64,000 nucleotides of DNA from Pseudomonadota bacterium (lineage in GTDB: Bacteria; Myxococcota_A; UBA796; SXON01), in contig JBDLRI010000110.1 in assembly GCA_039800105.1 (NCBI GenBank), forward strand, positions 3,970 to 67,969. Reading direction: 5' to 3'. The translations under genes were made by a program, and so were the position numbers. Within the stretch, counting starts at the first letter, position 1. Each line of letters starts with the position of its first letter. Below the pieces are notes generated by a model. It was not told where the DNA came from and made no database searches. It saw only the letters and a program-made list of their open reading frames with translations. Positions 58,334 to 64,000 of this stretch are shown here, in pieces.

Positions 58334-58711
58334 CTAACCTGCGCGTGGGGCCGGGGCGTCGGGGGGCGGCAGGTCGACGAGCAGCGTGCGCGCGACGATG
58401 AGCAGCGCGTCGCGCCGCGAAGGGGGAAGGGCGTCGTAGGCGTGCAGCAGCTCGGCGCGGTGCACGTCGGACGTGAGCCGCACGCTCGCATCCTCGTCGA
58501 GCAGCGCGGCCACCGGCACGCGCAACGCCGCGGCGAGCCGCTCGACCGTGTCCACGTGGAGGCCGGCACGCCCGCGCTCGATGCGGGAGAGGCTCGCCGG
58601 GTCCAGCGAGGCGCGCTCGGCGAGCTCCTGCTGGGACAGGCCGGTCGCCTCGCGGGCGGCCCGCACCCGCGCCCCGATGCGGGTGCTCAACGCCGACGGT
58701 GAATCAGCCAT
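58334..58711 (-). CDS. XRE-family HTH transcriptional regulator
   Basis: IGARVRAAR..GLSQQELA..LSRIERG..LAAAL.V. Confidence 0.88.
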   Translation of the reverse strand: MADSPSALSTRIGARVRAAREATGLSQQELAERASLDPASLSRIERGRAGLHVDTVERLAAALRVPVAALLDEDASVRLTSDVHRAELLHAYDALPPSRRDALLIVARTLLVDLPPPDAPAPRAG

Positions 58712-58741
58712 GAACGGCAGGATGTCGACACCGGCAGCCGT

Positions 58742-58793
58742 TGGCCACGGCGTAAAGATCAAATCACGATTGATAAAAGAGCGTGGCCACGCT
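58742..58793. promoter_or_regulatory. Divergent AT-rich promoter with palindromic candidate operators
   Basis: ATCAA-N7-TTGAT (58758-58774); perfect 14-bp palindrome AGCGTGGCCACGCT (58780-58793); TGGCCACG at 58742. Confidence 0.5.
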
Positions 58794-58831
58794 AGCGTCG
58801 TGGCGCAACGTCCATACGAGGAGGTGGTTGC

Positions 58832-59272
58832 ATGCTGTCTTCACTGATTCTTTCGTTGGTGCTCGACGCCAACGCCGCGAGTTGCCCGTGGGCCGGTCTG
58901 AACAAGCCGACGGTTTCCACGTCGAAGCACGAGGTGTTCGTGAACGGAACGTCCTACCGGGTGAAGAGCGAAACGGAGATGGAGGCGTTCGAGGACAATC
59001 TGAGCGCATGCAATGTCAACGAGGCAGGTCGATACCTGCGCCGATGGCGCGGACGCCAGTCGACGGCGGGAACGTATGCATGGGCGGGTCCGGTGCAGGT
59101 GGTCGCCGGGCTGGTGTTCCTCGCGGACACCTCAACCGAGACGTTCGGGTGGGTCTTCCTAGGCCTAGGCGCTGTGGAGAGCATCGCCGCGCCCGTCCTG
59201 CGTGGGCAAGGGGTACAGGCGCGCGACACGATGGTCGCCAAGATTGCCGCATCGACCCCACCGACTAAATAG
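58832..59272 (+). CDS. Hypothetical exported protein with two C-terminal TM helices, atypical codon usage
   Basis: GAGGAGG RBS, signal peptide, many A/T-ending codons relative to neighbours. Confidence 0.65.
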   Translation: MLSSLILSLVLDANAASCPWAGLNKPTVSTSKHEVFVNGTSYRVKSETEMEAFEDNLSACNVNEAGRYLRRWRGRQSTAGTYAWAGPVQVVAGLVFLADTSTETFGWVFLGLGAVESIAAPVLRGQGVQARDTMVAKIAASTPPTK

Positions 59273-59291
59273 TCGAGCGGTCGTCCGGTCC

Positions 59292-59416
59292 GGGGGGCGT
59301 TGCGGGCACGCCGCCGCGGTTGGCCCCGGCAGGGGCCTCGAGCGGCGAGCGTGGGGAGGACGCGTCCGCCGCAGGCGGCGCCGAGCCAGGCTCGGCGAGC
59401 GCCGGACCCCGCCCCC
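59292..59416 (+). repeat. Expanded repeat copy 8 with ~100-nt multi-hairpin interior (MITE/structured RNA candidate)
   Basis: Same GGGGGGCGTTGCGGG 5' end and CCCGCCCC 3' end enclosing three hairpins. Confidence 0.6.
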
Positions 59417-59433
59417 GGAGGCCGACGCCCGGC

Positions 59434-59468
59434 GGGGGGCGTTGCGGGGGGTGGAACCCCCCGCCCCA
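59434..59468 (+). repeat. Palindromic repeat family copy 9 (intergenic)
   Basis: GGGGGGCGTT-GCGGGGGGT-GGA-ACCCCCCGC-CCCA. Confidence 0.85.
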
Positions 59469-59530
59469 AGGACAGCCTCCCCGGCACCGGCCGGCTGCGT
59501 GTTACCCTCCACGCTCTCGCAGGAACCCGC

Positions 59531-59926
59531 ATGGCCGTCCCGCACATCCGCGTCGTCGCCGCCGAGATCGAGCGCGACGGCGCGTACCTGGTCACCCAGC
59601 GCCGCCCCGAGGCCGAGCTGCCGCTGCTGTGGGAGTTCCCGGGCGGGCGCGTGCGTGACGGGGAGAGCGATTCGGACGCGCTCCGGCGGGCGCTCAAGGA
59701 CCGGCTCGGCACCGACGTGCAGGTGGGCCACCGGCTCCTGCACGTCACCCACGGCTACGACGGCTACACGCTCGACATGGTGGTGTACCGCTGCTCGGTC
59801 AGCGGCGAGCCGTCGCGGTCGCGCGTGCACGACCTGCGCTGGGTGCGCCCGGAGGACTTCGGCCAGTACCGCTTCCCCGGCGCGGACCAGCAGACCGTGG
59901 ACGCCCTGCTGCGGGATTCGGGCTGA
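59531..59926 (+). CDS. MutT/NudG-like NUDIX protein with degenerate Nudix box
   Basis: VVAA.I, YLVTQR, WEFPGG, GES..DALRRALKDRLG, F..AD. Confidence 0.8.
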   Translation: MAVPHIRVVAAEIERDGAYLVTQRRPEAELPLLWEFPGGRVRDGESDSDALRRALKDRLGTDVQVGHRLLHVTHGYDGYTLDMVVYRCSVSGEPSRSRVHDLRWVRPEDFGQYRFPGADQQTVDALLRDSG

Positions 59927-60120
59927 TGTCGCAGGCCCAGATGCTCGCCGCGGTGTGCGGGGCGATGGCGGTCGCGGACCTGGCCATCGCCGTGGTGGTG
60001 GTGCCGCGGATCAAGCCCGAGGCGCGGCCGGTGGCGGCCGCGGCGCTGGCGGGCGGCGTGCTCACGATGCTGGCCGTGGCCGCCGCGGCGCTCGGCGGGA
60101 TGCTACCGCTCCAGGGCTAG
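59926..60120 (+). CDS. Small two-TM membrane protein
   Basis: TGATG coupling to the NUDIX gene; two hydrophobic helices. Confidence 0.5.
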   Translation: MSQAQMLAAVCGAMAVADLAIAVVVVPRIKPEARPVAAAALAGGVLTMLAVAAAALGGMLPLQG

Positions 60121-60157
60121 GGTCGCCACACCGGGGCGCGAACGGCGTGCCCCCCCG

Positions 60158-61468
60158 CTAGATCCGTCCGGCCGCCCGCAGGAGCGCCAGCGCGGCGAGA
60201 TCGGCCCCCATGCGCTCCGCCATCCGCGCCAGTCGCGCGGCGTCACGCGCGAGGCGTGCGTCATCCAGCTCCAGGAAGGTACTCGCGCCCGCGCCGTGGC
60301 TCGCCTCCGCGAGCCGAAGGTTCTCCTCGGCGAGGGCAAGCTCGCGCGTGGCGGCCTCCTCGGCGCGGCGGGCGCGGTCGTGCTCCTCCCACGCGGTGCG
60401 GATCTCGATCTCCGCGTCTTCCCAGGCCTTTGTCGCGCCCGCGTCGGCCATGCGCGCCTGGCTCGCGGCACGCTGCTGCTCGGCGACACGGAACCCGCCG
60501 TCCCAAAGCGACCAGGACGCGTTCGCCACGGCCATCCAGTTCCACGGCTCCCCGTTGAAGCCCGTGTTCTCCGTCCACATCTGGGTGAAGCGGCCATCCA
60601 CGGTGGGCAGCCACGCGAGGTGGGCCGCCGCCAACGTGGCGCGCGCGGCTCGCTGCGCCTCGGTGGCCGCGGCGAGCTCCGGGCGGTGGGCGCGCGCGTC
60701 CTGGAGGACGTCCTCCACGCGGGACCACGGAAGCACGCGCGTCGCAGGAAGCACGAGCTCCACCTCCGGCGACGTGCCCACCAGCGCGGCGAACGCCGTC
60801 TCCGCCTGCGTGCGGCGCGTCTCGGCGGCAGCATTCTCCCGCTCGGCGCGGGCCACGGCCATCGCGGCCTGCAGGGCGGCCTGCCGCGTGGCGCTCCCGG
60901 CGGCGACGAGCGCCTGCACCTGCGCCTCGTGCCGCAGGGCGACGTCCTGGGCGGCCCGGGCGACCGAGGCGCCGTCCCGCGCGACCACGACGGCCCAGTA
61001 GGCGCGCGCCACGCCCGCGCGGAGGGTGCCGCGCGCGGCGTCCGCTTGCGCGTCACCGGCGCGTGCCATCGCGTTCGCCGCCATCCACCCGGGAAGGGCG
61101 CGCGCCGACACGATCGGCTGCACGACGGTGAGGTTGGCGTCGAAGAAGCTCTTGCGCTGGATGACGCGCGGCGGGCCGAAGTCCGGCGCCGTGCCGGTGA
61201 AGTTCTCGATGAGCTCGATCATCTCGGGCGGGAAGGAGTTGCCGAAGTCGAGCTTCACCTCGCGCTCGTTGACCGTGTAGTTCCCGCCGAGGTTGACCTT
61301 GGGGGAGAACGCGGCGAGCGCCTGCGTCCGCACGATCGACGCCTGGCGCCGCTGCTCCTCGACGAACGTGCCCTCCTGGCCGCGCGTCTCCACGGCCTGC
61401 CAGGCCTCCTCGAGCGTCATGGCGTCCGCGCACGGCACGGCGAGGGCGAGCAGGAGCGGGACCATCAC
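60158..61468 (-). CDS. TolC-family outer membrane efflux protein
   Basis: MTLEEA, VARAYW, RPEL, W.LWDG, A.ENLRLA....G..T.LEL; coupled to the RND gene. Confidence 0.88.
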   Translation of the reverse strand: MMVPLLLALAVPCADAMTLEEAWQAVETRGQEGTFVEEQRRQASIVRTQALAAFSPKVNLGGNYTVNEREVKLDFGNSFPPEMIELIENFTGTAPDFGPPRVIQRKSFFDANLTVVQPIVSARALPGWMAANAMARAGDAQADAARGTLRAGVARAYWAVVVARDGASVARAAQDVALRHEAQVQALVAAGSATRQAALQAAMAVARAERENAAAETRRTQAETAFAALVGTSPEVELVLPATRVLPWSRVEDVLQDARAHRPELAAATEAQRAARATLAAAHLAWLPTVDGRFTQMWTENTGFNGEPWNWMAVANASWSLWDGGFRVAEQQRAASQARMADAGATKAWEDAEIEIRTAWEEHDRARRAEEAATRELALAEENLRLAEASHGAGASTFLELDDARLARDAARLARMAERMGADLAALALLRAAGRI

Positions 61469-64000
61469 GCCTCCTCCGTCGGGGTGGACATCAGGCCGAG
61501 GGCGCGCAGGCGCCCCACGATCCAGAGGGTGGCATCATCGAAGAAGGTGTAGGCGACCGGCGTGGCGAGCAGCGTCAGCAGCAGCGAAAGGCTCTGCCCG
61601 CCGACCACCACGCCCGAGGTGGCGCGGTTGAAGCCGGCCCCCACGCCCGTGCTGACGGCCAACGGAATCATGCCGGCCACGAAGGCGAGCGTCGTCATCA
61701 GGATCGGCCGCAACCGATCGCGGTTGGCCTGCAGGATGGCGGCGGTACGCTCCATGCCCGCCTCGCGAAGCTGGTTGGTGTGGTCGATCTGCAGGATGGC
61801 GTTCTTCTTGACGATGCCGAACAGCACGAAGATACCGAGAACGCTGAACATGTTCAGCGCCTGTCCCGTGAGCACGATGCTCAGCAGCGCAAACGGCAGG
61901 GTGAGCGGCAGCGACAGCAGGATGGTGAGCGGGTGCAGCCAGCTCTCGAACTGCGCGGCGAGGACGAGGTACATGAACACGAACGCCAGGCCGAAGCCGA
62001 CGATGACGCTCATGCCCGTCTCCTTCATGAGCTTCGTCTGGCCTGCGGGCTTGACGAGGTAGTCCGCCGGCAGGCGCATACGGTCGAGGATGCCGACGAG
62101 CGCGTCGCCGACCACGTTGTCGCCGGTCCCCGGTGCCGCGTTGGCGAGCAGGGTCACGACGCGCTGACGCGCCAGTCGGTTGATGACGGATGGCCCGGTG
62201 CCCGGCTCCAGCTCCACGAGGTCGGCCAGCGCCACGCTTCCGCCGCCCGGCGTCGCCACCGGCAACAGTCCGAGCACGGCGGGGTCCCCACGCCACGCCC
62301 GGTCCGCCCGCACGCGCACCTCGTACTGGTCGCCCCGCTCCTCGTAGGTGCTCACCTTGCGACCCGCCACCAGGAGCTGCAGCGTGTTGGCGATGTCCCC
62401 CACGCTGACACCCAGTTGCGCGGCCCGCGTACGGTCCACGCGGACCGCGATCTCCGGCTTGCCGACGACGAGGCTGGAATCCACGTCGACCGCGCCGGGC
62501 ACCTTCTTCAGCTCGGTCGTGGCCTGCGTCGCGACCTGCTCGAGCGTGTCGAGGTCCGGGCCGGACACGTAGTACTGGATGCGCGCGCTGCTGGCGCCTC
62601 CGCCGCTGAAGGCCTGCACGTCGTTGACCGACAGGCGCAGGCTCGCGTCCTGCTTCGGCAGGATGTCCGTGCGCACCTGGTTCTTCATCTCGTCCTGCGT
62701 CGCGGTGCGCGTGCGCGGGTCCGTGAGGCGCACGAACACGCGCCCCACGTTGTCGTCGCCCTGATCGCCGTCGCCGACCGTGACGAGCGTGCCCACCACC
62801 CCGGGCATGCCGCGGATCGCGCGCGCCACGCGCTCGGCGTGCACCTGCGTCGCCAGGAGCCCCATGCCCTCCGGGGCGCGCACGTTCACCTCGAACTGGG
62901 CCTGGTCATCGACCGGGAGGAACCCCTTCTTTGCGACGCTGGCGAGTCGCGGAAGCGCCGCAAGGCTGAGGACGGAGGCGAGCACGACCACCCAGCGCTT
63001 CTGGAGGCAGAACGCCAGCATGCGCAGGTACACCCGCTCGATGGGGCCGTAGAAGCCGTCCACGAGACGCTCGAGCACGGTCTTCCGGGCGCCGTGCACC
63101 GGGGCCTTGAGCCAGCGCGACGCGAGCATCGGCGTGAGGGTGAAGCTCACGAACAACGAGACCAGGATCGCCACCGACATCGTCACGCCGAAGCCCCGCA
63201 GGAACCGCCCCGGGATTCCGGCGAGGAACACGACCGGCATGAACACCGCGACCAGCGAGAAGGTGGTGGCCAGGACCGCGAGGCCGATCTCCCGGGTCCC
63301 CTCGATCGCCGCGCGGGCGGGCGCCATGCCCTTCTCCTCGACGTGGCGGTAGATGTTCTCCAGCACGACGATGGCGTCGTCGATGACGATGCCGACGGAC
63401 AGCGCGAGGGCGAGCAGCGTGATGGTGTTGAGCGTGTACCCGAGCCAGCTCATGACCGCGAAGGTCCCGAGCACGGACGACGGGATGGCGAGCGCGGCGA
63501 TGGCCGTGCTGCGCACGCTTCCGAGGAACAGGAGGACGATGGCCGCCGCGAAGATGGACCCCTCCACGAGGTGGGCCTTGACCCCGTCGGTCCCGGTACG
63601 GATGCTGCCGCTCTCGTCACGGATGATGTCGATGCGGTAGCCGGGCGGGAGATCGCCGGTCAGCTCCTGCACCCGCTCGTGCACCGCGTCGGCGACGGTG
63701 ACCGTGTTCGAGCCGGTCTGCTTGCGGATGGCGAGGACCACGGCCGGCTCGCCGTTCCACAGCGCCATGGTCTCCGCCTCCTCGGTGCCGTCCTCGACCC
63801 GGGCGACATCCGAGACGCGCACGACGCGATCGCCCATGGTGCGCACCGGCAGCGTCGCCACGTCCTCAGACTCCGCCACGCGCCCGATCACGCGCAGCGT
63901 GAGCTGATCGCGGCCCGTGTCCACGCGCCCGCCGGGCACGGAGAGGTTCTGCAGGCCGATGGCGCGCGCGACCTCCGCCGCAGCCACGTTCATGGCACGC
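61465..64000 (-). CDS. RND efflux permease (AcrB/MdtC family), 5' truncated
   Basis: GIVIDDAIVVLENI, AAQFES, GIVKKNAIL, RLRPILMTT. Confidence 0.93.
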   Translation of the reverse strand, partial: RAMNVAAAEVARAIGLQNLSVPGGRVDTGRDQLTLRVIGRVAESEDVATLPVRTMGDRVVRVSDVARVEDGTEEAETMALWNGEPAVVLAIRKQTGSNTVTVADAVHERVQELTGDLPPGYRIDIIRDESGSIRTGTDGVKAHLVEGSIFAAAIVLLFLGSVRSTAIAALAIPSSVLGTFAVMSWLGYTLNTITLLALALSVGIVIDDAIVVLENIYRHVEEKGMAPARAAIEGTREIGLAVLATTFSLVAVFMPVVFLAGIPGRFLRGFGVTMSVAILVSLFVSFTLTPMLASRWLKAPVHGARKTVLERLVDGFYGPIERVYLRMLAFCLQKRWVVVLASVLSLAALPRLASVAKKGFLPVDDQAQFEVNVRAPEGMGLLATQVHAERVARAIRGMPGVVGTLVTVGDGDQGDDNVGRVFVRLTDPRTRTATQDEMKNQVRTDILPKQDASLRLSVNDVQAFSGGGASSARIQYYVSGPDLDTLEQVATQATTELKKVPGAVDVDSSLVVGKPEIAVRVDRTRAAQLGVSVGDIANTLQLLVAGRKVSTYEERGDQYEVRVRADRAWRGDPAVLGLLPVATPGGGSVALADLVELEPGTGPSVINRLARQRVVTLLANAAPGTGDNVVGDALVGILDRMRLPADYLVKPAGQTKLMKETGMSVIVGFGLAFVFMYLVLAAQFESWLHPLTILLSLPLTLPFALLSIVLTGQALNMFSVLGIFVLFGIVKKNAILQIDHTNQLREAGMERTAAILQANRDRLRPILMTTLAFVAGMIPLAVSTGVGAGFNRATSGVVVGGQSLSLLLTLLATPVAYTFFDDATLWIVGRLRALGLMSTPTEEA

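Noticed and set aside
58758-58774. FNR box
   Set aside because: The half-sites are in the opposite order and spacing (ATCAA-N7-TTGAT) to FNR's TTGAT-N4-ATCAA.

Overview
A very GC-rich chromosomal segment, probably from a Myxococcota/deltaproteobacterial-type organism. That placement is inferred from the many Cys-lipoproteins with DTG/GTGS linkers, an FHA-sigma54 activator, a Tad locus with a BON-secretin and a GCCHG-type Lgt. About 55 genes are plausible, and most other long ORFs in the track are GC shadow frames. Main content, in order: a 5'-truncated multicopper oxidase fused to a MauG/BthA-type di-heme peroxidase; lgt; an orphan dpgA-dpgB-GNAT unit; a Tad/Flp pilus locus with a CpaE-CpaF fusion; a hybrid kinase; an arginine operon argG-[DUF1611-like P-loop protein]-argC-argF'; mntP; a rho-like gene with degenerate ATPase motifs ahead of rpmE-prfA-prmC; ligA; a sulfatase-TPR protein; a large FN3/FG-GAP protein bracketed by a 22-bp direct repeat; glnS; an AT-richer XRE islet; and an RND/TolC pump cut by the window end. 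Leading novel signals: (1) the arg operon, where an uncharacterised P-loop protein and a succinyl-type specificity residue in ArgF' suggest a non-canonical arginine pathway; (2) a palindromic repeat family (GGGGCGTTGCGG-stem-loop-CCGCCCCA, 9 copies, covarying stems), with five copies inside or ending coding frames and one expanded multi-hairpin copy; (3) the oxidase-peroxidase fusion; (4) a probable pseudo-ATPase Rho. I recognised no rRNA, tRNA, CRISPR array, transposase or integrase. All family assignments come from motif recognition by eye, with no database search.
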